The notes: generated by a model not told the origin, from the letters alone. 64,000 nucleotides of DNA from an uncultured Pseudomonadota bacterium (GCA_903844895.1 CAIMVM010000247.1:32-64031), one strand, 5' to 3'; counted from the stretch's first letter, positions 20,808 to 30,970 are shown. Numbers and translations: made by a program.

Positions 20808-22286
20808 TTAGGAACTAGTATACTTCGTTTCCAGATGCTTAACCACCCGTTCGAGTTGCATACCGCGACTCCCTTTTACGAGAATGATGCTGTCAGTTAG
20901 CGCAAATCCAGATTCTTCTAAACGCTTTACGGGGTCGTCAGATGTAGCGATGTGAAAGATTCTCGATTTTAATTTGTCATTCAAAGCGAGGTATATTTTG
21001 CCCATAGCTTCACCGTAGAGGAAGATAGTCGCATGCGAAATAGCAAGTAAAGCAGGCAGAATGTCGAGATGCCATTTAAGAGATTCAGCACCAAGATCAA
21101 GCATGTCGCCCAGGACTAGAATTTTCTTGCGTTGCCGCCAATCTCCATGATCCAGGGAGGCGAAAGCGGCCTTCATGCTTGAAGGAGATGCGTTGTAGCA
21201 GTCGTCAAAGAGGCAGATATTTTCCTTAAGATAGATGATCCGGCTACGCATGGGGGGCACTTCAAAGTTTTTCCAACCTTTAAGTACTTCTTCGTGTGTC
21301 CAGCCTAAATGGAGCGCTGCAGCCAAGGCTAAAGCAAAATTATTGGCATTATGAAGGCCTGGAAGGGGAACCGTAAAACACAGGAGTTTGGAATCTTTTG
21401 CCTTCTCAATCCAGCGAGCATAGATTACGGTTCTATCTGGGCGATCCGTCTCCATATGCCAATGAAGCAAATTAAAATCGCTGAGCTTGGAGCGACCGAA
21501 GGCATTCGAGCCTCGGCTGATATCTTCCTCATATATCACAAAACAGTCCTGCTCTTCTACTAAATCTGAGAAATCCCAGATCTTAGACTCTGACAGTTGC
21601 CAAATGCGCGGCTTTCCTTTGGAAAGCTTAAAAAGCTCAATTTCCTCCTGGATCGCCTCATTCCAGCCCCCAAGTCCTTCCAGGTGCTCGGGTCCAAGGG
21701 CGGTTAATAAAACGCAGTCGGGTTGTGCCAATTCCATATGGCTCGCCATTGCCTTCTTTTGATCGATGCCAATTTCTAAAACAAGAGCGCCAATGTTTTC
21801 AAGGGGAGTGTGGGCATTTTGAATGATGGTTTTTGCCACTCCAATATAGCCATTTTCGCTTTTTTCGGTTTTTGTGATCCGTTGTTGCCTTCCAGAAAGA
21901 AGAGCAGCAAGCATTTCTTTCGTGGTTGTTTTCCCATTGGACCCACCGATACCGATGACAGGAAAGGGGACTCTTTTGCGAAACGCTTGGGCCAACTCTC
22001 TTAAACCCTGTACAGAATCGCCCTTATACAGGAGCTTTTCTTTCAGTTCTTCAGGTGCATTTTGCGCCCATTCCTCCGAAACTAATGCGCATTTTAGACC
22101 ATTTTTAAATAAATCCATGAGGTAATTATGCCCATCAAAGCGCTCCCCTTTAAGGGCAATAAACATCTGGTTATCAAGAATGGCTCTCGAGTCTGTTGAA
22201 GCACCGGTAATAGGCTCTTTAATTTTTGAATAGGGAAATACAGTTTTTATGAATTCAGGTTCCAATGGCCACATATGAGCTCCCAT
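20808..22286 (-). CDS. murF: Mur ligase, MurF-like (UDP-MurNAc-tripeptide--D-Ala-D-Ala ligase)
   Basis: 'FIALKGERFDGHNY', P-loop 'GIGGSNGKTTTKEML', 'DCYNASPSSM' and 'LVLGDMLDLG'. It is not located in a dcw cluster. Confidence 0.7.
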   Translation of the reverse strand: MGAHMWPLEPEFIKTVFPYSKIKEPITGASTDSRAILDNQMFIALKGERFDGHNYLMDLFKNGLKCALVSEEWAQNAPEELKEKLLYKGDSVQGLRELAQAFRKRVPFPVIGIGGSNGKTTTKEMLAALLSGRQQRITKTEKSENGYIGVAKTIIQNAHTPLENIGALVLEIGIDQKKAMASHMELAQPDCVLLTALGPEHLEGLGGWNEAIQEEIELFKLSKGKPRIWQLSESKIWDFSDLVEEQDCFVIYEEDISRGSNAFGRSKLSDFNLLHWHMETDRPDRTVIYARWIEKAKDSKLLCFTVPLPGLHNANNFALALAAALHLGWTHEEVLKGWKNFEVPPMRSRIIYLKENICLFDDCYNASPSSMKAAFASLDHGDWRQRKKILVLGDMLDLGAESLKWHLDILPALLAISHATIFLYGEAMGKIYLALNDKLKSRIFHIATSDDPVKRLEESGFALTDSIILVKGSRGMQLERVVKHLETKYTSS

Positions 22287-22414
22287 GAGGATAGTTCATT
22301 CTAACAGAAGTGCTGGAGATTTACATGTTTCTATAATAGCTGAGCTTTTCACTAGGCAATTTCTACCTTGAGGATTCGCCTTAAAATTCCGAGAACCAGG
22401 GAGAGGTACGACTT

Positions 22415-23299
22415 ATGATTCTGCTCTATACTTTTATATGTTGGTTTGTGTTTTCTCATTTTGTAGGACAGCTCTACGACGCTTGGAAGTCCTTACACAT
22501 GGGACTGATTAAAGCGTCTATGTACAAACAATTTCAAGGGATAAAAAAATCTCGAGATTCCAAGGTGGTTCTGAGTCATTTGTTTTCACGCTATCCGAAA
22601 ACGTGGCGAAGTCTTTGGAGCGAGTTGATTCATCAATGCGAAAGTCAAGATCTTCTGGTTGATCTGGCGGAAAGAACGCGGCTAAAAGACTATTGCCTCG
22701 CATCGAAGTCTAAGAATTTACAGACTCAAGTAGAAAACGTAACTCTACTTTGCCTTATAGGGACCCCAGAGGAAAGAATGATGTATTTGAATTCACTGCC
22801 CAGTGATTCTAGCATTTGGCAGATTCCCCTTCCGACTCCCTGTTTTCAGCATCATGACGTTGCCGTCATTTATCTGAAGAGACTCTTAACCCTCCATCAC
22901 CCTCGAAAAGCAAGTGCTATCTTGGCGGTTCTAAACTCCGAAAAAGCAAAGCAGGCGCTTCTGGAACTATGCTGCTTCCTAGATTTTAGAAGTTTTGCGG
23001 TTTCGGCCTCCGTTCATCTGGAGACTCCAGATCAGTTGGAATTTATTCGCGAGTCACAATTTCATGGAGTTGATGAAGTCCAATTTATAAAGTACTTTTC
23101 TCGCTACAGCGTGGAAGGACAGTCTATGCTTCGGTCTACTTTTTCAAGCAGTGCCTGGTGGTATTCCAGATACATTCTGAATGCCGCAGGAAAAACAAAC
23201 TCACCTCCCCACAATATTGCTTGGTTTTATAGCAGGAGGTCTTTAGAAGTAAAAGCCCGTGCTCATTCAGGTCTTCCTGATATTCATATAGCCGCCTAA
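22415..23299 (+). CDS. hypothetical protein (294 aa)
   Basis: Long intact ORF with one N-terminal hydrophobic helix. No family recognised. Confidence 0.45.
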   Translation: MILLYTFICWFVFSHFVGQLYDAWKSLHMGLIKASMYKQFQGIKKSRDSKVVLSHLFSRYPKTWRSLWSELIHQCESQDLLVDLAERTRLKDYCLASKSKNLQTQVENVTLLCLIGTPEERMMYLNSLPSDSSIWQIPLPTPCFQHHDVAVIYLKRLLTLHHPRKASAILAVLNSEKAKQALLELCCFLDFRSFAVSASVHLETPDQLEFIRESQFHGVDEVQFIKYFSRYSVEGQSMLRSTFSSSAWWYSRYILNAAGKTNSPPHNIAWFYSRRSLEVKARAHSGLPDIHIAA

Positions 23300-23368
23300 C
23301 CTATACTTGGCGTTAGCCTAACTTTAAGATATGCTCACCCCGATCCACAATGGGACTAGGAGATTAAG

Positions 23369-24580
23369 TTGACGTCAGGCGTCGAGCTAAATAGCATTCT
23401 ATTAGTAGCTTCTTTGATGCTTGTTTTTTTGCAGTTTTTTTTACTCTTGAGGCGAGATAAATCTTTCGAAAATCAAATGAATGAGCAATCTAAGTCTTCC
23501 GATATGATGTTTCGGGAGGAATTTTCTAGATCCCGCGAGGAACAAAGTCGCGCCCTTTATCAAACTCGTGACGAACTTCAAACGACTATGTCCAGGTTTG
23601 GCGAGTCGTTATTTATTCGTATGGAAGCCATTGAGTCTAAGGTGGAATCCAAGTTAAATACGATCCAAAAAGACAATTCGGATCGTTTGGAACAGATGAG
23701 GGCTGTCGTCGAGGAAAAACTTCAGTCGACTTTAGAACGCCGACTTGGTGAGAGTTTTAAGTTAGTCAGCACACGCTTAGAAGACGTCCAGCGTGGGTTA
23801 GGGGAAATGGCCGTTTTAGCCCAAGGGGTGGGAGACTTAAAGAGAGTTTTAACCAACGTGAAAGCTAGGGGAGGCTGGGGTGAAAGACAGCTTCAGTCTT
23901 TGCTAAGTGAAATATTGACCGCTGAGCAATACCGCATAAATGTAGCGACAAAGCCTAATTCTAAGGAAATTGTGGAGTTTGCTATCAGACTGCCAGGTAA
24001 AGCAGACGAAGAAGTGTTGCTCCCTGTAGATGCAAAATTCCCCAAAGAAGATTATGAACGGCTCTTGGATGCGTACGAGAAAGCTGATGGCCAGCTGATT
24101 GAGCAGTTTGGTGCTGCTTTGGAGTCTCGTATCAAGTTGGAAGCAAAATCAATTCAGCAAAAATATGTGGAACCACCTTACACAACTGACTTTGCTATTT
24201 TGTTTCTTCCCGTAGAAGGTTTGTATGCTGAGGTTTTGAGGCGCCCAGGGCTAGTCGATAATATTCAAAGAAATTTTAGAGTCGTGATTGCGGGTCCTAC
24301 GACCTTTGCAGCTCTGCTCAATAGTTTGCAAATGGGTTTTAAAACTCTAGCCATAGAAAAGCGTTCCAGTGAAGTTTGGAAGGTTCTTGGGGCGGTAAAA
24401 ACTGAATTTTCAAGATTTGGGGACGTGGTAGACAAAATATCTAAAAAACTCAAAGAGGCGTCTGATCAGGTAGATCAGGTGCACGTCCGTACTCGAAAGT
24501 TGCAAAAAACATTGATTTCCGTAGAGACAAGTGAAGAATCTAAGGAAGATTCATTATTAGAATCCACAGAGGGAGACTAG
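23369..24580 (+). CDS. rmuC: DNA recombination protein RmuC
   Basis: TTG start after AGGAG. N-terminal TM helix plus coiled coil, 'NVKARGGWGERQL', 'DFAILFLPVEGLYAE'. Confidence 0.85.
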   Translation: MTSGVELNSILLVASLMLVFLQFFLLLRRDKSFENQMNEQSKSSDMMFREEFSRSREEQSRALYQTRDELQTTMSRFGESLFIRMEAIESKVESKLNTIQKDNSDRLEQMRAVVEEKLQSTLERRLGESFKLVSTRLEDVQRGLGEMAVLAQGVGDLKRVLTNVKARGGWGERQLQSLLSEILTAEQYRINVATKPNSKEIVEFAIRLPGKADEEVLLPVDAKFPKEDYERLLDAYEKADGQLIEQFGAALESRIKLEAKSIQQKYVEPPYTTDFAILFLPVEGLYAEVLRRPGLVDNIQRNFRVVIAGPTTFAALLNSLQMGFKTLAIEKRSSEVWKVLGAVKTEFSRFGDVVDKISKKLKEASDQVDQVHVRTRKLQKTLISVETSEESKEDSLLESTEGD

Positions 24581-24586
24581 AGGATT

Positions 24587-25222
24587 ATGGTAGAGCTATT
24601 TCATCAGTTGTTTGGTTATTTAAAAGACCCACAATCTTTGATTGCAGCCGTGGGGCTTGTAGGTTTAATTTTAATTATTTTTGCGGAAACAGGCTTATTG
24701 TTTGGTTTTTTTCTTCCAGGCGATTCTCTTTTAATTTCTGCTGGAATTATTGCGTCAACGGGCACCATTGATGTTTGGCAGACAGGAATCTTATTGTCTT
24801 TTGCAGCAGTCATTGGTGATGCAGTCGGATATTGGATTGGAAAAACCACTGGGCCTAAACTTTATAAAAGAGAAGACAGTTTGCTGTTTAAAAAAGCTCA
24901 CCTTCTTGCCGCCCAACTATTCTACGAAAAGCATGGCGGGAAGACGATTGTGTTTGCTCGGTTTATTCCCATTATTAGGACGTTTGCTCCCACCGTGGCA
25001 GGTATTGCTGGAATGCCTTACAAAAACTTCCTCGCCTATAATATTTTTGGTGGTGTTCTATGGATTTGGTCCATGCTTTTAGGTGGGTATTATTTAGCCA
25101 AACAAGTTCCCAATATCGAAGAAAATATTCACTTTCTGATAGTGGGAGTGGTTTTCGTTTCCATCCTGCCCATTGTAGTAGGTTGGATCAAATCAAAGGT
25201 GGCAAGTTCTAAACCTATATAG
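24587..25222 (+). CDS. DedA-family (VTT domain) membrane protein
   Basis: 'FAETGLLFGFFLPGDSLL', 'GKTIVFARFIPIIRTFAPTVAGIAGMPY'. Confidence 0.85.
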   Translation: MVELFHQLFGYLKDPQSLIAAVGLVGLILIIFAETGLLFGFFLPGDSLLISAGIIASTGTIDVWQTGILLSFAAVIGDAVGYWIGKTTGPKLYKREDSLLFKKAHLLAAQLFYEKHGGKTIVFARFIPIIRTFAPTVAGIAGMPYKNFLAYNIFGGVLWIWSMLLGGYYLAKQVPNIEENIHFLIVGVVFVSILPIVVGWIKSKVASSKPI

Positions 25223-26253
25223 AATTTGCGGTCGAATAAATTTGTGTCGTCCGAAGTGGTCATTCGCTGCATGGCCATTCTGCTAACTATCATCATGCAC
25301 AGTTAAGTAAGCGTTAGGAAAAAATCCATCACAAAATGTCTAGCTCAAATGAGCAAGTGCGTATGTTGCGTGATATTTCGCACTTAAAACTATAGACTAC
25401 CCAAGTTAGATTCCTAGGCGATATGTGTTTTACTTTCAAATTTAGAACCAGGGTGAGAGCTTTTGCAAAGTCCTTGGGCCGCATCGTTGCAAATATGGCA
25501 TGGAATGGCATGAAGACAAATCACGATGGCTCTCTTCTGGAAACAGAGCTGCAGCGGGTGGGGGCTTTCGGTGTCCGGCAAATACTAGTGCCTTGAAGCC
25601 AAGAGTCGTTTTTTATCGGCCGCTAACCTTGCGCGAGTTTTGCTAGGTGCTGGTGGTTGGATTTGTCGGCTTTCTGAGCATCATTTGGGATGTGCTTACT
25701 TTTTTAATGGATTATTCGACCATCCCCATTGGCGCGTAATACGTGAAGGAGATCCAAAAATGGAATTCTCATCCACATCAAAGGCAATTAACAACAAAAT
25801 ACTGGACACGATATGCGTGTTTGAGCACGCGGGATAGCTTGTTCAGAACTATTGCTAACGGTGTCGCAGTAAGCTGTCTTCGATACAAGTAAACTCACAC
25901 GCATTAACACAAAAAATTTTTTTAGTTACAAATGGAATGTAGAGATAAGAAGTGAGCCAATTCCCGCGAACGGAGAGTGAAGCGCTCCTCAAACAGGGCC
26001 CTCCCGAAGCTAATTCGTCCTCGGCCTTAGGTGTTTCTTAAACCCAAAAACTACCGAATCCGATGTGCGCACGAGCAGTGCCCATTCGCACACACGGATC
26101 GGTCCAAGTATTTGAGGACAAAAATTGAGGGCAGTAAGATTGCGGAGTGGTTCAGCTTTAGTGTGCACAAGGCTTAGCTTCAAAAGTTTATTGATTAAAC
26201 AAGGTGAATATCGGGTCACAAAAAAGCAATATGTTCAGACTCTCCGGACGGTA

Positions 26254-26679
26254 TCAAAAATGGCTCAGCTTATGTGGAGGGCATTTTTGCAAATCTTTCT
26301 TGATCCAATTTGTGACATATTTTTTTAGCGCCGGGCTCATTTCCGCTTTGACTTTACCGAGCAGATGAGGGGCTGCTATTACGGAGATAGAGTCAAAACT
26401 TCTTTTCAGTTTTTCGCCTTCCAAAAAACGTGCGAGCTCTCTCGAAAACTGAGTTATGGCGTCTTCATGAGGATCGTGACGCTTGGGAATAGAATAGTTT
26501 ATGGATCCTGTGTGACCTATGGACTTCACCCCGCGGCCAGCAGGTTTCTTTATCAAATCTCTTCTTTTTACATTTCCTAATGGATTGGTCAAGGACTGAA
26601 GAAGTTTCAATTGAGAATGCTCCGTCGCTTTTACGAAAATACGCGCTTCTTTTTTGTTAGCCACAACATACCAATGCAT
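26254..26679 (-). CDS. Host_attach family protein ('protein required for attachment to host cells', eRF1-like fold predicted)
   Basis: I chose the start at 'MHWYVVANKKEARIF', with AAGGGAGG upstream. The pattern W-VVA-ARIF ... PAGRG ... HDPHED ... FSRELARFL ... VIAAPHLLG ... KDL matches the family. The 200-aa ORF from 26856 is an N-terminal over-extension. Confidence 0.75.
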   Translation of the reverse strand: MHWYVVANKKEARIFVKATEHSQLKLLQSLTNPLGNVKRRDLIKKPAGRGVKSIGHTGSINYSIPKRHDPHEDAITQFSRELARFLEGEKLKRSFDSISVIAAPHLLGKVKAEMSPALKKYVTNWIKKDLQKCPPHKLSHF

Positions 26680-26823
26680 AAGAATCCTCCCTTTACTAAG
26701 TTGTAAGCAAGAAGTGTTCCGGTCATAGGGTCTAGCTTTGGCACAGCAGATGCAATGAGCTTGCTGAATAATCTGAGTGCATTGAGATCTCTGATGCAAA
26801 CAGAACCTTGTAGGAGTTACAAA

Positions 26824-29412
26824 ATGATCTTTAAAGACCGAAGTCAAGCAGGACAACTTTTATCCCAAAAACTTCAGAGATATATAAAGGATTCTGTTAT
26901 TGTACTAGCTCTACCTCGCGGTGGGGTGCCAGTTGCAGCTGAGATTGCGAATGCATTAGGAGCTCCGTTAGATGTCCTGATAGTTCGCAAGGTCGGTGCG
27001 CCAAATCAAGCTGAATTGGCAGTTGGCGCTGTTTGTGAGGAAGCAGAACCTGTTTGGAACGAAGCGATTCTCGCTAAACTAAGGCTCGAACCTGCCGAAT
27101 TAGGCAGAACTCTCGCAATGGAACGGCAAAAAATTGAGCAACAAACTCGTCTTTTCCGAGACTCCAGAAAGTTTCCATTATTCAACCAAAAAACAGTGAT
27201 ACTAGTGGATGATGGACTAGCGACGGGTGCAACAATGTCCGCCGCTGTGAAGTATTTGAGGAGTAAGTCCGAATCAAAGATCATTGCCGCTGTGCCAGTG
27301 GCAGCGGCAAGTTCAGCCAGAATCTTGCGAGGTAAGGTTGAAAACCTGGTAGTTATAGAAGAGCGCGAAGACCTTATGTCCGTTGGTCAGTGGTATGAGG
27401 ATTTTTCTCAAGTTAGCGACGCCGAAGTCGTGGCACTTCTTAAAGGAAGTGGCGATCCTTCCAAAAAAGCTACTCGGGAAGTCGAAATAGTTATTGAAAG
27501 AATAAAATTGCTTGGAGACCTAACGACATTTCCTTCAATGAAAGCAGTAATTATTTTTGCGCATGGCAGTGGAAGCAGTCGTAAAAGCCCGCGCAATCAA
27601 TATGTAGCACAGGTTTTAAATGACAAAGGATTTGGAACTCTTCTTTTTGATTTGTTGAGCGAGAGAGAAGCTCAAAACATGGGTAATGTTTTTAACATAG
27701 AATTATTAAGTACGCGATTGGCGTTAGTAACGCTTTGGCTGCGCAAAGAACTTGGTATTAAGTCGGTACCGCTTGGATTCTTTGGCGCGAGCACTGGTGC
27801 TGGAGCTGCTATACAAGCAGCTGTTAAGCTAATGGGTAAGGAGTCTATTTTTGCCATTGTCAGTAGAGGTGGAAGGCCTGATCTCGCAGGAGACACATTA
27901 AAATTGTTGAAAGCTCCGACTTTTCTATTAGTAGGTGGTCAGGACTACAGTGTCATTGAGCTCAATCGCAAGGCTCAGAGATCTCTTAGCAACTGTATAT
28001 TATCAATTGTCCCAGGTGCGACCCATCTATTTGACGAGCCTAATACACTTGAGGAGGTGTCGATGCAGGCGGCTCAATGGTTTGTGGACCAACTCTCAGC
28101 TCAGAAATTGAGAGGTCAAGGTGATCGTGCATTGAAACTGCAGAAGGCTATATTGCATTCGATGGTGCCGCTAGATGATCACAATGAGGAAAGTCTTGAT
28201 GGCTTCATTCAATCTATAAAGAATAAGCGAGTTGTTATGCTGGGCGAGGCTTCTCACGGCACCGAAGAGTTTTATAGGTGGCGAAGTCAAATTTCGAAAC
28301 GCTTGATTAAAGATCACGGATTTAACTTCATAGCTGTCGAAGGAAATTGGCCTGATTTCTATCGACTTCATAAATACATTCAATCAGGTGAAGGACGTAG
28401 TGCTAAAGAGGTTCTGATGCTTAATCATCGCTGGCCGACTTGGATGTGGGCAAATGAAGAGGTCGCAAGACTTGCTGAATGGATGAGGATCAACAAGGCT
28501 GGGTTCTACGGCCTCGATGTCTATTCACTTTTTGAGTCCGTTCATGAGGTGATTAAGTATTTAAGCAAGAATGAGCCTCTATTGGCAGAAGAGGTCGGCA
28601 ATCGCTATGCTTGTTTTGAGGCTTTTCAAGGCGATGAAGTTTCATATGCGCGTTCGCTCATCAAATATCCGGATGGCTGTCAAAATGAGGCTGTTCAGAA
28701 TCTTCAGAAACTTCTTGAACTTGCTGTGAAAAATTCGATCGAAGATAGCGAAGAATTTTTTAGTTCTCAGCAAAATGCTCACATTGTCGTAAACGCTGAG
28801 GCGTACTATCGTGCAATGAGCAAAGCTGACGCAAGTTCATGGAACATTCGTGATGGCCATATGATGGAAAACCTAGATCGACTTTTAGAATGGTATGGAC
28901 ACAGTGCTAAAGCTATTGTGTGGGCTCATAATACGCATATTGGCGACTATCGTGCAACGGACATGAACGACCGGGGCTATGTGAATATTGGCGGTCTTGC
29001 TCGTCTCGTCTATGGCGATGACTGTGTGGCACTAGTAGGTTTTGGGACCTATCAAGGTGAAGTGCTTGCTGGGCATGCATGGGGGGGCAAAGAACAAGTA
29101 ATGCGGTTGCCTCAAGCTCGGGAAAAAAGCTATGAACACTACTTCCACTTGGCAGCAGCAAAGAATAAAGTGAAGCAGTTCTATATTCCTCTTAAGGACA
29201 AAAGCAATACTCCGTTTCTTGAAAGACTTGGGCATCGGGCTGTTGGAGTCGTCTATGACCCTCGTCATGAGCAGCGTGGAAACTATGTGCCCACGCAGCT
29301 ATCTAAACGATATGACGCATTTATCTTTATCGATAGAACCCACTCTCTCAAATCACTGCATGCTGGCTCTGCCCGTGGTGAACTTCCAGCAACATGGCCT
29401 TCAGGTCAGTAA
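26824..29412 (+). CDS. three-domain fusion: phosphoribosyltransferase / alpha-beta (dienelactone-type) hydrolase / erythromycin-esterase-like
   Basis: PRTase: 'VLALPRGGVPVAAEIA', 'VILVDDGLATGATM'. Hydrolase: 'VIIFAHGSGSS', nucleophile elbow 'GASTGAG', 'PGATHLF'. Ere-like: 'VVMLGEASHGTEEFY', 'FIAVEGNWPD', 'WAHNTHIGD'. I chose the start at 'MIFKDRSQAG' (AGGAG RBS). Confidence 0.8.
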   Translation: MIFKDRSQAGQLLSQKLQRYIKDSVIVLALPRGGVPVAAEIANALGAPLDVLIVRKVGAPNQAELAVGAVCEEAEPVWNEAILAKLRLEPAELGRTLAMERQKIEQQTRLFRDSRKFPLFNQKTVILVDDGLATGATMSAAVKYLRSKSESKIIAAVPVAAASSARILRGKVENLVVIEEREDLMSVGQWYEDFSQVSDAEVVALLKGSGDPSKKATREVEIVIERIKLLGDLTTFPSMKAVIIFAHGSGSSRKSPRNQYVAQVLNDKGFGTLLFDLLSEREAQNMGNVFNIELLSTRLALVTLWLRKELGIKSVPLGFFGASTGAGAAIQAAVKLMGKESIFAIVSRGGRPDLAGDTLKLLKAPTFLLVGGQDYSVIELNRKAQRSLSNCILSIVPGATHLFDEPNTLEEVSMQAAQWFVDQLSAQKLRGQGDRALKLQKAILHSMVPLDDHNEESLDGFIQSIKNKRVVMLGEASHGTEEFYRWRSQISKRLIKDHGFNFIAVEGNWPDFYRLHKYIQSGEGRSAKEVLMLNHRWPTWMWANEEVARLAEWMRINKAGFYGLDVYSLFESVHEVIKYLSKNEPLLAEEVGNRYACFEAFQGDEVSYARSLIKYPDGCQNEAVQNLQKLLELAVKNSIEDSEEFFSSQQNAHIVVNAEAYYRAMSKADASSWNIRDGHMMENLDRLLEWYGHSAKAIVWAHNTHIGDYRATDMNDRGYVNIGGLARLVYGDDCVALVGFGTYQGEVLAGHAWGGKEQVMRLPQAREKSYEHYFHLAAAKNKVKQFYIPLKDKSNTPFLERLGHRAVGVVYDPRHEQRGNYVPTQLSKRYDAFIFIDRTHSLKSLHAGSARGELPATWPSGQ

Positions 29413-29769
29413 ACTACCCTATCCGCATCATAAGTTTCATGTAGTGGTAGTGCCCGAACAAGTTAGCCACATTCTTTAGGTCAATATCATCTTGCCGGGT
29501 AACTATCGCAATTTAGATAATATTAAAATAACGATAGGGCACATGGGGCCTTGAAGTAGATTGTTCCTGTCAGAGAAGTAGTCGATCAAACTTTAGGCGA
29601 TGAAATATGAAACGCTCCAAGAGTCGGCGGACGAAATCGTCGAGACACCCTAGTGTCAGCGTCAATAAAAGTGTAGTTCTTACGCAGTAAAGGCTTCCGA
29701 TGAGCTTTTGGCAAATCACAGGTATTGATTTCGCAGAAGGCATAGGCCTAAAAAAATGACTTCAGAATC

Positions 29770-30948
29770 TCAGACTCTTTCTATAAGGCCAGCTGCTCCC
29801 ATGCCAGTCCCAATACACATGGTGATCAAACCGTACTTTCCCTGATTTCTTTTGAGAGCGTGGGATGCTGTTGCCACAAGCTTTGCTCCAGTTGCTCCTA
29901 GAGGATGGCCTAAGGCAATGGCACCGCCATAGGGGTTTACCTTTTTGGGATCCAAACCCACAGTCTTGATAACCGCGAGTGCCTGAGCGGCAAAGGCTTC
30001 GTTTAGCTCGATGTGGTCTAAATCGGAGAGTTTTAAACCTGTGCGCTTTAACACCTTAGCAATGGCTTCTATGGGGCCGATTCCCATGACTCGCGGCGGA
30101 ACGCCAGCGACCGAAAATCCTAAAAAGCGCGCCATGGGCTTCAAATTGTGTTTTTTCACAAAGTCTTCACTACAGACTAGGGTCATTGCTGCACCGTCGG
30201 ACATTTGACTGGAGCTTCCTGCACTAACAGATCCGCCCATTTTGAATGCCGTTCTTAATGCCTTTAAAGCTTCTAAAGTGGTGTCGGCGCGAGGGCCGTC
30301 ATCCATAGCAAACTTCATCGTATCAACGATAACCTGTCCATTTTTGCCAGGCCTTCGTCTTTCGACATCTATGGGTACAATCTCATCGTGAAACATTCCT
30401 TCTGCAATGGCTTTGGAGGCTTTGCGGTGGGACTCAAAGCTAAACTCATCTTGCTCATCTCGAGTGATCTTAAAGTCTTCTGCGACATTTTCGGCGGTCA
30501 GGCCCATGGAAAGATACATGTCTGGGCGGGTGTCCATGATTTTTCGGCTTCCGACGATCTTATGTCCCATCATGGGCACGGCAGACATGGATTCCACCCC
30601 CCCTGCCAGAATACAATCTGCTTGCTCAGAAGCGATTCTTTCATAGGCCATGGCAATGGTTTGAAGGCCTGAGCTGCAAAATCGATTTACAGTGACGCCA
30701 GGTACGGTTTCGGGAAGCCCGGCAAGTAAGCCTACCATCCGTCCGATATTCATGCCTTGTTCGGCTTCTGGCATCGCACAACCAAGAATTAAATCTTCGA
30801 TCAGACCTGGATCAAAGTCCCCTGCCTGTTTAACGACAGCCCTGACAACATCAGCGCAGAAATTATCTGGCCTCGAAGTGGCTAGGCCTCCTTTAAATGC
30901 TTTTCCTATGGGACTCCTTAGGGGAGATACGAGATAGACTGCTTTCAT
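29770..30948 (-). CDS. fadA: acetyl-CoA C-acyltransferase (thiolase)
   Basis: Active-site 'VNRFCSSGLQ', 'NEAFAAQ', 'GGAIALGHPLGATG', 'CIGTGMG'. I chose the start at 'MKAVYLVS' (AAGGAG RBS). Confidence 0.9.
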   Translation of the reverse strand: MKAVYLVSPLRSPIGKAFKGGLATSRPDNFCADVVRAVVKQAGDFDPGLIEDLILGCAMPEAEQGMNIGRMVGLLAGLPETVPGVTVNRFCSSGLQTIAMAYERIASEQADCILAGGVESMSAVPMMGHKIVGSRKIMDTRPDMYLSMGLTAENVAEDFKITRDEQDEFSFESHRKASKAIAEGMFHDEIVPIDVERRRPGKNGQVIVDTMKFAMDDGPRADTTLEALKALRTAFKMGGSVSAGSSSQMSDGAAMTLVCSEDFVKKHNLKPMARFLGFSVAGVPPRVMGIGPIEAIAKVLKRTGLKLSDLDHIELNEAFAAQALAVIKTVGLDPKKVNPYGGAIALGHPLGATGAKLVATASHALKRNQGKYGLITMCIGTGMGAAGLIERV

Positions 30949-30970
30949 GGATCGCTCCTTAATATTATTT

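Noticed and set aside
26680-26856. N-terminal 59-aa extension of the Host_attach ORF, which overlaps the start of the fusion gene
   Set aside because: The extension is Cys/Gln-rich and looks non-protein-like. A strong AAGGGAGG RBS precedes the internal ATG at 26679, where family homology begins. I trimmed similar over-extensions at 17743-17817, 19912-20016, 30949-30993, 33401-33415, 40399-40443, 48067-48126, 57169-57201 and 57309-57428.
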